Shown piece after piece: positions 13,775-26,943 of a stretch of DNA of 64,000 nucleotides (position 1 is its first letter; each line of letters starts with the position of its first letter). The notes beneath the pieces are model-generated. The model ran no database searches. It was not told where the DNA came from and saw nothing but the letters and a program-made list of their open reading frames with translations. The position numbers and the translations under genes were made by a program. This stretch comes from Macrostomum hystrix (taxonomy: Eukaryota; Animalia; Platyhelminthes), in the NCBI GenBank assembly GCA_950097015.1, contig CATNEN010000011.1:3968001-4032000 (forward strand), in the 5' to 3' direction.

Positions 13775-14575
13775 TTACATTACCATAGAACGACCGATTA
13801 CATATGCCATAGAATGATCGATTACATAGGCCATAGAATGACCGATTACATAGGCCATAGAATGATCGATTACATAGGCCATAGAATGACCGATTACATA
13901 GGCCATAGAATGATCGATTACATAGGCCATAGAATGACCGATTACATAGGCCATAGAATGACCGATTACATAGGCCATAGAATGATCGATTACATAGACC
14001 ATAGAATGACCGATTACATAGGCCATAGAATGACCGATTACATAGGCCATAGAATGACCGATTACATAGGCCATAGAATGACCGATTACATAGGCCATAG
14101 AATGACCGATTACATAGGCCATAGAATGATCGATTACATAGGCCATAGAATGACCGATTACATAGGCCATAGAATGACCGATTACATAGGCCATAGAATG
14201 ACCGATTACATAGGCCATAGAATGACCGATTACACAGGCCATAGAATGACCTATTACACAGGCCATAGAATGACCTATTACATAGACCATAGAATGACCT
14301 ATTACATATGCCATAGAATGATCGATTACATAGGTCATAGAATGACCGATTACATAGACCATAGAATGACCGATTACATAGGCCATAGAATGACCGATTA
14401 CACAGGCCATAGAATGACCTATTACACAGGCCATAGAATGACCTATTACATAGACCATAGAATGACCTATTACACAGGCCATAGAATGATCGATTACATA
14501 GGTCATAGAATGACGATTACATAGGCCATAGAATATTCTATTACACAAGCCATTGAATGACCGATTACATAGGCC
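13775..14575. repeat. 24-bp minisatellite (ccatagaatgaccgattacatagg)
   Basis: Direct tandem repeat downstream of ACSL. It explains ORFs 13760..14524 (+) and 13775..14548 (-). Confidence 0.96.
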
Positions 14576-15264
14576 CTAACCCAGTTATCCTACAAGTTGA
14601 AATTAAGTGTTGAATGCCAAGATGGACAAAACTGATTATCATTGATTGGGCATTTAGGCACACGCAAAGTTATTTGTACATAGATATATATTTTCAGAGT
14701 TATTAGCAAAATTTGAATGCAATTCTTTTACAAAAATACATGCTTAATGTAAACTATTGAATCTGAAATTTAGTTCAAGCCCTGATGCGAACTTTACACA
14801 TGCAGTGTGAAACAATGCTAATTTGGATACTTAAACTAATATAAATAAAAATCAAAGTCAAGGCAATGCTGGAAAACACTGTTTGATTAACGCACCAATA
14901 TTCAGACACAGTAATTTACTATTAGTACGCAATTATAGTTTTACATAATGGAAACTGTATAAAATAATGCATAACAACAAATATCTCTAGCGAAAATATC
15001 GAATGCACTTTTAAAACCCAGGAACTGTGCACTTACACAGATTAGCTTAACTGAGAATTTCCTATAGCATTGATTTATGTCCGCATTTTCGTTATAGAGC
15101 AACTTTTATTGTTGAGGAATACGAACAAGGATCAGGTAGAAATTGGGAAAACTTTGATGGGATCATAAAATTAAGTTAGAGAAATTGAATCAGTTAAACA
15201 ATGAGATTATGGAAATGGAATCAGTTTAGAAGTTGGCTGACAATGGGATGAGTTAAGGAGCGGA

Positions 15265-16940
15265 GACATTGGAAATGGGATCTGTAAAGGAACTGGGATT
15301 ATGAAAATGGATCTGTTAAGGAACTGGGATTATGAAAATGGATCTGTTAAGGAACTGGGATTATGAAAATGGATCTGTTAAGGAACTGGGATTATGGAAA
15401 TAGGATCTGTTAAGGAACTGGGATTATGGAAATGGGATCTATTAAGGAACTGGGATAATGTAAATGGGATCTGTTAAGGAACTGGGATTATGGAAATGGG
15501 ATCAGTAAAGGAACTGGGATTATGGAAATGGGATCAGTAAAGGAACTGGGATAATGGAAATAGGATCAGTAAAGGAACTATGATTATGGAAATGGGATCT
15601 GTTAAGGAACTGGGATTATGGAAATGGGATCTGTTAAGGAACTGGGATAATGTAAATGGGATCTGTTAAGGAACTGGGATTATGGAAATGGGATCAGTAA
15701 AGGAACTGGGATAATGGAAATAGGATCAGTAAAGGAACTACGATTATGGAAATAGGATCTGTTAAGGAACTGGGATTATGGAAATGGGATCTATTAAGGA
15801 ACTGGGATTATGGAAATGGGATCTGTTAACGAACTGGGATGATGGAAATAGGATTAGTAGAGGGAACTGGGATTATGGAAATGGGATCAGTAAAGGAACT
15901 GGGATTATGGAAATGGGATCTATTAAGGAACTGGGATTATGGAAATGGGATCTGTTAACGAACTGGGATGATGGAAATAGGATTAGTAGAGGGAACTGGG
16001 ATTATGGAAATGGGATCAGTAAAGGAACTGGGATTATGGAAATGGGATCAGTAAAGGAACTGGGATTATGGAAATAGGATCAGTTAACGAACTGGGATGA
16101 TGGAAATGGGATCTGTTAAGGAACTGGGATAATGGAAATAGGATCTGTTAAGGAACTGGGATTATGGAAATGGGATCTGTTAACGAACTGTGATTATGGA
16201 AATAGGATCTGCTAAGGAACTGGGATTATGGAAATGGATCTGTTAAGGAACTGGGATAATGGAAATAGGATCAGTTAAGGAACTGGGATAATGGAAATAG
16301 GATCAGTTAAGGAACTGGGATAATGGAAATAGGATCAGTTAAGGAACTGGGATAATGGAAATAGGATCTGCTAAGGAACTGGGATTATGGAAATGGATCT
16401 GTTAAGGAACTGGGATAATGGAAATAGGATCAGTTAAGGAACTGGGATAATGGAAATAGGATCTGTTAAGGAACTGGGATAATGGAAATGGGATCAGTAA
16501 AGGAACTGGGATAATGGAAATGGGATCTGTTAACAAACTGGGATAATGGAAATAGGATCTGTTAAGGAACTGGGATAATGGAAATGGGATCTGTTAACGA
16601 ACTGGGATGATGGAACTGGGATCTGTTAAGAAACTGGGATTATGGAAATGGGATCTGTTAACGAACTGGGATGATGGAAATAGGATCTGTTAAGGAACTG
16701 GGATAATGGAAATGGGATCTGTTAACGAACTGGGATGATGGAACTGGGATCTGTTAAGGAACTGGGATAATGGAAATGGGATCTGTTAACGAACTGGGAT
16801 GATGGAACTGGGATCTGTTAAGGAACTGGGATTATGGAAATGGGATCAGTAAAGGAACTGGGATAATGGAAATGGGATCGGTTAAGGAACTGGGATAATG
16901 GAAATGGGATCGGTTAAGGAACTGGGATAATGGAAATGGG
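15265..16940. repeat. 32-bp minisatellite (gggattatggaaatgggatctgttaaggaact)
   Basis: Direct tandem repeat. The 32-bp period was checked at 15601/15633. Confidence 0.96.
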
Positions 16941-17384
16941 AACAGCAAGAAATTCAGAAATGGAAACTGTAAATGTGTTGAAGCAAAATTCATAATATGC
17001 ACATACTTTTCACATTTAACAATCAAATAGTGCTGAGATGTGCTGAGCTGAGCAAAAAATGACACAATGAAACGCGACAAAATTTAAGCTACATTTTTAA
17101 TTAGTTCATTAACAAACTCTTTTTACACAAATTTTCTATGAACTTATAGCAGACGGAATAAAGTAATTGGAAAATAAAATAGATTTGATAAGTTAGACAG
17201 TCAGTTTTTATTGGCAGAAACGCAATTCTATCAATCAAAGGACAATCTTCAAATATTTTTAAACGTCATTTAACATTTAGCCTAGCCTCGTCTGTCGGAT
17301 GGTTAAAGAATCCTTATTTTAATTGGGACTTTGCACAGAGATATATAACTTTAATCCCGAAAATATCAATGGGAAATGATCTAT

Positions 17385-17612
17385 GGGGTTGTAGCCCAGT
17401 GGTTAGATTCGAAATCACGACTTGAACGTCTAGGGTTCGATTCTCGACTCCACTGGAACAATTTGTGTCCTTTAGCAAGGCACTTAGCTTTGCATTGCTC
17501 TAGATCAGCCCAGCTGTAAAAATGGGTAACAGCATCAGCTGGGGTAATTGAGGGCGGGTGTGGCGTCCCCACAGTCCATGGACTGAACAGCCGTACGCAG
17601 CTTTCAGATTAG
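17385..17612 (+). mobile_element. tRNA-derived SINE (CORE/MIR-like central domain), copy 1
   Basis: A-box-like tagcccagtgg and B-box gttcgattc, then gtgtcctttagcaaggcacttagc...gctgtaaaaatgggtaacag, then the palindrome cagtccatggactg. Alignable by eye with the copies at 22451, 34349 and 43300. Confidence 0.85.
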
Positions 17613-17844
17613 AATCATGAAATAGGCAACAATGCTAATGGGAAAATTATAATTATGGGATAACTGATGATCCTACATTATCCTAAAGGGGAAATTAGGA
17701 TTACATATTAAACAATAATATAATATGTATTATGGGATAAATAGGAAAAAATGATGTATTATTCAGATCCCAGTGAATCAGCTGATCACAATAGCAAAAT
17801 GCCAACAGTTATCAGTAATTAACGATTTGTCTGACAAGTTAACG

Positions 17845-19264
17845 CTACCTTCGGCCCTGAAATCTGCGCCTCCGACTGTGTTTAACCACCCGGTCAATCA
17901 GCATCGACAAAAATGCGGAGGTCGCCGAGGAACCGTTTGGCGACACACTGGCAGGCAGGACCAGATCGGGTAGCAACAGTTTCAATAGGCGAACAATGCG
18001 GCATTTCAGCTCAACTAGACAGCCATTGGGCTGAGAGCAAAGCGACACGGCGGCCAGTCTTCTGTGACGCAGCTTCTTCCGTCTTCTGGGCCCGAAGAAT
18101 TCGCGGCGACAGTCGTCAATGGAGGCCGGATCGCCAAGGGCACGACAGGCGGCTATAAGCAGCCGGTCTGTGGACCGGGTGGTGCAGTCGAATTCCGGTC
18201 TGAGCTCTAGCTGAGGCAGTAGGCAGGTGATGAGACGGAATGCGGCCCGACGCAGATAGGAAAGGTCCGCGTCGGCTCTGGCCGCCTCGGCTGCCCAGGC
18301 CAACAGGCTGCAGGATCGGTTTGACGATGCTGCTGGCATGATTGCCTGCTGCTGCTGCTGCTGCTGCAATGGTCGCCTAGATATTGTGAAATTTTTGTCG
18401 CTAATATCGAATATATCGCCGCAGTCCTGGTCCAGAAGCTTGGGCGCGAAATCGATGGGGACGTCAATGTAGCCGTGCTCGTCAACACTGGCCTGGATGG
18501 GATGACAGATTGGGAAAATTCATTTCGTAGTCTGATAAGAAATACTTGTATGCACAGCGTCTTAATGGTGTATGACTCAATTTTGAGATTTGAAACTTCT
18601 AGTGACTTTATTTTAGAATCTAAAAGGTTCGTGAATTGATGATGGGATATGTAGGTTTTTCCGCGACTTTTTAGGAGTTTTTTAGGATCTAAAAGCTCTT
18701 TTTTAGTAAATCATGAATAGCTCTCACCTGAATATCATAGGAAGCCTGATATTGATCCTCGTCATCGTTAATCACAATGGTATTTGAGTTCGTTAGCAGG
18801 CCATACTGATAAGTCTCCGTAACGTGCAGCACAGTTCTCGTTACGGTGGAAGACGCGGCAGCATCAGCGGAGCCTGCTGGGCCCAGACCAGATAAATATT
18901 CGAATATGTTATTGTGCAGAGAAGATTCCGAAGATACTTCAGAGCATCGACTGTCTGGTCCACCGCCACCGCCGCCGCCGCCGCCATTGACAGCACCGAA
19001 TTTGGCATAGGAATCCTTGCGACACTTTGGCTTGCCATTCTTGCCGCTAGTGGCGCAGCCAATAGTAGAATCGACTTCGTCACTGCTGGCTACGCAAGCA
19101 TTGAGAGGCACAGCCGATTGAGGCTCTAGTAGATCATCAGTCTCATCTGGCACATCAATCAATAATGGCTCGGATTCCGTCATCACTGAGCAATATTGCT
19201 GGCTTGCATAGCTATAGGAATCATGATTTGCATAGGGTAGGGATTTTCTCAACTGTGAAGACAT
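17845..19264 (-). CDS. Hypothetical protein, at least 2 exons (low-complexity poly-G and poly-Q tracts, Leu/Arg-rich C-terminal region)
   Basis: Exon 19264/19252-18728 ends in cag|gtgaga. Exon 18492-17845 follows atcccatccag| and is 648 nt, in phase 0 to the stop. The join reads YQASYDIQ|ASVDEHGYIDVPIDF. The 5' end is uncertain (ATG at 19264 or an acceptor at 19253). No family recognised. Confidence 0.7.
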
Positions 19265-22200
19265 GACTGAACATGAGTCTGAGTTTGAATGTCTTGTCTA
19301 GCACTAGCAGAACTATGGTGGCATTCGATTTGTGGCAATCAAACTTTGTTAGGGCATCATCAATGCTTGCTGAAGTGTATAGAAAAGTTGTAATTGACAA
19401 AGGGTAAAAAACCAATAAATAATTTAATAATGATATTGTGTCAAAAAGTGAATCTTTTAAGCCAAATTTCAAAGCAAACACAACAGTTGTTTTTACTAAA
19501 ATACTCATTTAAAACAAGCAACAAAGCTTATAACTTTGTTACTTTGTATTCTATTCTGAATTGCATCCAAAATGTTTACATTTAGGTACCAATATTAGGT
19601 TTTCAAGACCATCTTACTTTATGTGGAGACTAACCACTTTTTAACAGACTTATTTAGAAATCAAAAAGCCAGTGCTGTGTAGGTATATATATATAAATAT
19701 GACTTATTAAAACTTTTTTTCATAGACAATCTCTATTAGCATCCATTTCCATAACTAAAAAAACCTGTAACATACTGTATGCTATTCTAGCTCATATTTC
19801 TGTAGCATCTATTAAATCAAGTGATTTTCTCATACAAAGAATTTATATAACTCAAATACATGCAATATGACATGTAAAATAGGATTTAACATGTTTAACA
19901 GTGTGAGACTTACAACATTTATGCCACATTGAAATCCTAGAGCCTGAGTCCTAGAGTTGGCAAAAACACAAAGGAAAGACTCCCAATTAGATTAAGTGAA
20001 CAAAAATCTGTCAGATTTTCTAAACTTCCTGATGTCTGGTCGCTGGAGTTAAGGCAGGTGGTTTTGCAGCGCAGTACAATGTAGCCATGTCACTAAATGA
20101 CATTTTGGGGTTGGTAAACACCAAGGTTTACACATTTCTGTTGCAGTGTTTTTGGAGCTACAATTCTAGACCCTATGTTGCCTGCCTGAAGGTTTTTTAT
20201 ATTTATTCTAATAGAGAAAATAGTGAAAATGTATGTAGCAAATTTTTCATCAACAAGCCCTTAAACCCCAGACTCAGGATAATATACAGGATAGGATTTA
20301 GCACAACACAACACATTGGGATAAAAATTGGTATACAGAGGGGCCTGGTGTACCCCTTGGTGCATAGCTTGGTATATGCCACGCAGACAGCAGGTAGAGG
20401 TGATCGACCAGGTTCCAAGTCCCCACTAGAACCATGAACCATATATAAAAAATGACCTAGTTCAAGTTTGGCATAGCATAGTATCTGCATGTGAAAATTA
20501 AAATGGAGTAGCTAAATGTTGATCAAAGAAAAGCTCCTAAAAATGAACAGAAAACTTAAATGAAAAATGTGTTTTATATTTTTGTGTTTATGTTTACATT
20601 TTATAGCACATTTATTTTTGTTATATGTGATTATAATTTTCTTAGTATATTTTCATGTGCGATATAAGTCCATTGGCCTACATTGGCATACAGGAGCTAG
20701 GAAAGCGAATTTGTTCTGGCATACACCAGTACACAATCCTGACACTGGCTTAAACCCTATCAGCTGCATGTCTAGTAGCCTATTACCAATAGGATAATTC
20801 ACATTTTTGGTCTGCCCTTCTCAGCCCCTCCCTTTAGAAAATTCTAGTTATGCCATTGGAGGGGTGTTGAAAAAGTAGCTGGCAGTTAATACTTTAGGTC
20901 CATATACATAGTCATTCCTACAACATAGGCCTAAGCAAAGTTGTCAGCAGAAAGCAGCATATTTTAGACCCACTTCCTCAACAACCACAGTAATAAATCA
21001 AATCACTTTGGTAGGTAAACCCTAACTGAAACTTTTAAAACAAAAGTGAAAATATTTAATCTGAGTATATTAAGTCCTAAATCATAGATATGTCAAAGCA
21101 ATATGTAGGCCTAGGCCTAACAATAGGCCCTATTTTTACTCATTTAAAATGTTTCAGTAAAATTAAGTTAATAAAAAAGAAACTTAGACCACATAATGTT
21201 AAAGTTAGGGTTAGAGCTTAAAGTTCAGACTTAAAGACTTTTAAAATTTCTAAACATTAACATTTCACTGTAGAACAGTTTGTGTACTTTACTGCATTGG
21301 CAAGACACTCAAATCTTCAAGAATTCAAGAATCTTCAAGAATAATTCATAATTGCTTCAAGAATTGAAGACATAAAAGAGAGAGGGAGTGAGCAATTCAA
21401 AGTCGAAGTGATATGTGAGAGACTGCGTTTTAGCATTGCTTTTAGTGAGTTTTAGGTTGCATCTTGCATGACAGGCTAGGCTCACTTCCTAAAACAGCAA
21501 ATACAACTAGCAGAATGTTGAACAATATGTAAGAAGATTATACACATGAAGACAGACTCTAAATTATGAGAGAATTTTCTATATTATGTCAAGTCGAGAC
21601 AAATGTGACCTTTATAATACAGAAAAACTGGCGCACAGTGCTGAGATCGCATCTAAAGTTTCTTGCAGGCAGAACAATCAAGTAAAAATACGAAAGGGCA
21701 AAGTAATATAATTAAAATAAAAATATGTTTCTTATAAAAAAACATTTTTTGAGTACTTTTGCGACAATTTTTAGTTTAAATATATTTATTTTGCTTGAAA
21801 ATTTCACAAACAGACCTAAAGTACCATAAAAGGAATAAAGAAAGTATTATCTTCGTTAAAACTTTTTATTTACGGTTTAACTGCTCATCTCACAATAATT
21901 GTTTTTTAATTGCGTAGAATGCATTGTTTTGCATTTTGGCTTGTAATATAATTTATTCATGTTGGATTTTGTTGATGCTTGGTGTGTTCATATTGTTTGC
22001 ATATTCTGCGCATTACAGATATAGGAGAAAAGTAAAGGTAATGATAAAAATGATTACATAAGGCGCCAGTCGTTTTACATACGTGAGATGTATATCCATC
22101 AAATAATCTCCGTGTCCGCAATTTAATCTCTTCTGCACTACGGATGTAATAATGTCGGCTCGAGTTTGCTTCAAATAGACAGACTGGTTACTTGTCCTAG

Positions 22201-22450
22201 TTGAACATTTAACTCGTACATACATGCAATGCGACTGTTAATATGCCTTTAAGTTATAAATGTAAAAGTATAAATACTTTTAATTATTGCCTAATTTATC
22301 TTATGCTCTCGCTTTGCAAAAACCGATCCTCTATAAATAAATGTAGGCGAAGTTTTTCGTACAAGGCACCGTTCTATTTATTAATTTACATTACTACGTT
22401 ATTTACAAACAAAAACTACGCGTGTATATATAACCAGGTATTGTGTGGTA

Positions 22451-22725
22451 GAGGTTGTAGCCTAGTGGTTAGGGCGTCGGACTCACGACTTGAAGGTCGG
22501 GGGTTCGATTCTCGACTCCACTGGAACAATTTGCGTCCTTTAGCAAGACCCTTAACTCTGCATTGCTTCAGTTCACCCAGCTGTTAAATGGGTACCAGCA
22601 TCAGCTGGGATAATTAAAGGTGGGTGTGGCGTCCCCCCAGTCCGTGGACTGAACAGCTGTACGCAGCCTTCAGATGCGCCGCGCATTAGCTGCGGCTGTG
22701 CTGTCGGCTGCACATCTGACCCAAT
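22451..22725 (+). mobile_element. tRNA-derived SINE, copy 2 (appears most intact)
   Basis: gttgtagcctagtggttagggcgtcggactcacgacttgaaggtcggggttcgattc head, CORE-like body and GC-rich 3' tail (gcgcattagctgcggctgtgctg). Confidence 0.87.
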
Positions 22726-23057
22726 TGGGGCAGGTGTAATCAATTATTATTATTATGTGTGGCAGACAAAAAAACAACCGACTCAGCCAATCACAGCGTG
22801 CGCGACTAGCAATTTCACTCAAGTGGCAATTGCAAGCCGATTTGCACAACAGTAGCTGTGCAATTCTTTCAATGCAGCTTGCCTCACATTATCTACCTAG
22901 CTGTATTTAAATCTACTCTATGGGATTTTCTAGCTGATGCCATATATTTATGAATCTGTAGCCTCAATTTTATTTGTTTTTATGAATTCTTTAAAGATGG
23001 GTTGGAAGATACGGCCCTACAAGAGGCATAAGTAAATAGTGCAGCAAAAATAACGGA

Positions 23058-24803
23058 TCATCGCGCCGTCGGTAGAAACTCGAGCGCGTCGAACAGGTGA
23101 TGGCCGGAGGCCACAAACTCTCGCATGATAGCCTTGGTCACCTTTCCGGTGGGACCAGTGGGGAAGTGATCCAAGAATGCCCAGTATCTCGGCACATACG
23201 AGATGCCAGTTCGAGTTTCACCGATGCCCTGGTCGATGCACCAGTCGACTAAGAGCCGTACATTGTGCCGGATCTTCTCCAATGCAACCAGCTTTTCGCC
23301 ACTTTGCAACACAATGCAGGCAACGATTTCTTCACCAATGCGACTGTCGGGAACTCCGAACACCTGGGCGGCGTGAACACTTGGATAACCGAGGAGCACA
23401 TGCTCAATGCTGCTCGGTGAGACATTGTCTCCAGCCAGAATCATCAGATCCCTGATGCGATTGGTCACAGTGATCCTGCCGAACTCGTCCATGCTGGCAA
23501 GGTCTCCGGTGCGGTACCAGCCAGCATCCGTCAAGACAGTCCGGCTGAGGTCCGGGTTGTCCAAGTAGCCGCGCATCACAGAATAGCCGCGTACCAGCAC
23601 CTCACCGACGGTTCCGATTGGCACAGGTAGCGGACTGCCTGCGTCACTCTCCAGGTCGGCTATCATCACTTCCATGTGAGGCGCAGCCTTGCCAACTGTT
23701 TCACGACGAGCTTTCTGATCGTCGTCCGGACCCCACGGTGGGCAAACTGAGGAGATCATGCAAGTCTCAGTGCTGCCGTAGTAGTTCACCAGGCCCGGCA
23801 GGCCGGTCATCGCTCGCTCCATCTGCTTGCTGGTTGTCGGGGCTCCGGACAGCAGTGCGCTGCGCAAAGTTCCTGGCGGACTGCCGCCTTTCTGCAGAAT
23901 GTCGTGCACCAGGTAGCCGAAGAAGTCGCCGCTGGTTACTCTCTCCTCAGCGAGTGTTTTGAGCAGCCAGAGCGCATTCTCGGCGCCTCGATTTCCAGCG
24001 AATGTACTAGCCGGGGTGATCACCAGAGTGAGGCCATCCAGCATGGCCATGAAGAGGCCGAAACTGCCTACCATGTGGCTGGTGGGCCGATCTGAGAAGA
24101 AGACGTCGTCACAAGTCAGCAGGGCGCCCTGAGTGCGAAACCGAATCGAATTGACCAGCGAGTGATGCGTGTGCGGCACCATCTTCGGCTCTCCAGTTGT
24201 GCCCGACGTCAAGTAGATGAGCGCCACTTGATCAGCCGAAATCAGTCGCTGTCTTTCACGCAGAAGTTTCAGCATCTCGTCATCCAATTTCATTGCAGTT
24301 TCTTTGCCTTTCTCAACAAGCGATTCGAGATCGATTCTCAGGTTGAGTTGATCAGCTAGCGAGTCCGCACCAGCCTTGTAAACTCCTGATCCCAAGTAGA
24401 ACAGCGCCTTGCTCTCGGTTCTTTGAGCCAGTCGGATCAAGTCGCACTGCTTGCTGACCTGAGCGGAGACAATGACCAGACCTGCTTTGTGAAGGCCGGC
24501 CAGCGTGGTGGAAAACTCCAAGCAGTTTGTTCCCAGCATCATCACCCGGGTACCGACGCTAAGGTAAGGATTGTTCAGCATCAGGTGGCACGCGATACCA
24601 TCTGTGACATGGTGGAACTGGGAGCATGTCATTGCTATTCGTTGAGTGCTCGGGCTGCGGAACACAATGAGCTCTTTGTCCGGAGTTTCGGCTGCCCATT
24701 TCGAGAGGCGATCAAAACTGCGCCAGAACCGCAACGGCTCCGCTGTGCTGCCGTGACAATAACTGCTGGTGAGCTTTGAGCTTGAGACTGTTGGATTCGC
24801 CAT
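23058..24803 (-). CDS. Intronless AMP-dependent acyl-CoA synthetase, ACSF2-like (581 aa)
   Basis: Single long ORF with intact ANL motifs: YLTSGTTGEPK (P-loop), SDRPTSHMVG, YYGSTET, GEVLVRGYSVMRGY, GWYRTGDLA, RIRDLMILAGDNVSP, PTGPTGKVTK (A10 Lys). Confidence 0.93.
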   Translation of the reverse strand: MANPTVSSSKLTSSYCHGSTAEPLRFWRSFDRLSKWAAETPDKELIVFRSPSTQRIAMTCSQFHHVTDGIACHLMLNNPYLSVGTRVMMLGTNCLEFSTTLAGLHKAGLVIVSAQVSKQCDLIRLAQRTESKALFYLGSGVYKAGADSLADQLNLRIDLESLVEKGKETAMKLDDEMLKLLRERQRLISADQVALIYLTSGTTGEPKMVPHTHHSLVNSIRFRTQGALLTCDDVFFSDRPTSHMVGSFGLFMAMLDGLTLVITPASTFAGNRGAENALWLLKTLAEERVTSGDFFGYLVHDILQKGGSPPGTLRSALLSGAPTTSKQMERAMTGLPGLVNYYGSTETCMISSVCPPWGPDDDQKARRETVGKAAPHMEVMIADLESDAGSPLPVPIGTVGEVLVRGYSVMRGYLDNPDLSRTVLTDAGWYRTGDLASMDEFGRITVTNRIRDLMILAGDNVSPSSIEHVLLGYPSVHAAQVFGVPDSRIGEEIVACIVLQSGEKLVALEKIRHNVRLLVDWCIDQGIGETRTGISYVPRYWAFLDHFPTGPTGKVTKAIMREFVASGHHLFDALEFLPTAR

Positions 24804-26943
24804 TTACTTGGTAACAGTTAGGCTCTCTTATCATATGTGCTCACGTAAAAGTTAGGTCTTTAGCTCGTTTAGAACTGTGTCAATTCATATATTTACCCGT
24901 TTTAATCTTATCTATTATCTTGCCTTCATTCTTGCTCCTCTAGCTATATGTCTTAATAGCAACAATCGCACATTCGTGCGGGCCATGAAACTGATATTTT
25001 ACCGGAGGAGGCCCAAAATTACTAGACCAAGAGAGCTACATGTGCTAGTAGCAGATCGAAACCTAAATCAGTGCAGTCTGTTTAATTATTACTTATATGG
25101 CAGTGCAATTTGACTTGAAATATACCTATACACGAGCGACGGAATTGCACTTATATTAATTAAGCTATTAATTATTTCTTTTAAGCAATAAATCCTTTCC
25201 AATATATTGCATGGCGTTAATAAATTTCATAAAATCAATAAAATCAATAATGAGATCAATAAAATAATTGATCGATAGGCCCTGTCTGTACATATATACC
25301 GTACAGTGATATTATACAAGGCATAATATAAAATATGTTGATTGTATTTATCTGCTGATGACTTGGTCTAGATTGGTCTAGCTAATATCTTATAGGTGGA
25401 GTCAGGTAATAAAGTTCTACTGCCCTGTACTGTACGTGACAAGGGCATGCTTATGCATATCAATATGTTATTTGACCAATTAAGCATCGCGCGCGTGCAA
25501 AGGGATGATTTTTTGCGAATTGTTTTATTTCTTTTAATTAAGAGGGTGTGACATTCACATAGAATATAGAGACATATAGAGACATCCAAATCTTCGCAGT
25601 TGCGGATTGCGCTGACCTGGCATTGCCAGCTGCAGGACTTCATTGCCTGCATGGATTTATAGCTTTTCAGGCCTTCATTCGCCCGTAACTTGTCAAGTAA
25701 ATCAAATACGTTTTATCAACAAATAATTTAAAATAAAGCAAATGATTGACACATAAAATTTGTCACCAGATTTCTTAATTTGTCTGTTAATTTACTTGCT
25801 ATATTTGCATATTTTAACGGTCGCACAAAACGCACAAAATATAAAGCCAATTAAAATTACAAATGACCCATAAGCTGGTTTTTTTATAAATTTCTACCAG
25901 TTTCTTTTGTCATCGGTATGCAATCAATACAAGTCGTGCAGTTTATTATATATAGGGCGTTTCCGGTGGACATTTATCTTCTTTCGTGGTTACTTTTTTT
26001 TAACCTGCACTTCTTGCTAACGTCACGAAAAAAGGTAAGAAAAATTCGAACAGGAACAAATGTTGTCGTTGTTATTACAATTTATATTCATATTTCTGTT
26101 TATTTGCTTAGTTTTCTATCAATTTTCTGTCAGTTTGTTTTTTTGCGTCACTGATTTAAAAGCTTCACTAACGACGCTGTTGCCAATTTTGAAAGCTATT
26201 TCCATCTTTCTTTTTTTCGGTAACTGACCGAGGACTTAAATTCACTTAATTACTGTTTATTTTTTGTCTAATCCAGTTTAATGTGTTATTATGCATTACT
26301 TAGAGTATGAAGCTTAAATTATTTTATAAATCTTATAAAAACTTCTTATCTAAGTGATTGCCAGAATAGAAACACCGTGGTCTAAAGCTAAGTTCATTAA
26401 ATAATTAAAGTTCAAAAAACCAAATGAACCTTAGCTTATTTTAGTTCGTATTTTTTTATTATAAGTTAAAGTTCTTTCGTTTTATATCCTGCTGATAACC
26501 ATTGAATAAAACAAAAGCGCTCGTATGATTAACAGTATAGATTAGTTACTCGTAGATTAGATTAGATTAGATAAATAGTAAACAAATAATCTATTAATTT
26601 TATTTACAATCTTTTTAACTTAGTAACACAGTTGTTTATTATTTATAATTAAGTGTTACCTGGGAAGCATGAGCTGTATAGAATTATTTATGTTTGAGTT
26701 TTACCTTATTAAATGCTAAATTTGTTTATAAACTACATATATATAGCTCGTCTATACAACTTCTCTAATCAAGTTAATATTTACAAACAGAATCTGTAAG
26801 TTTCCATTTCAGTTGATCGACACGGAACTATAAGCGGTGGTCCTAAAATGACACAACTAACTTTATTCCAGCTATTTCATATCGGGCTCACTGGTACCCC
26901 CGTAAAACCAGTTAGTGTCTCATCATCACACTGTTACTGAACA

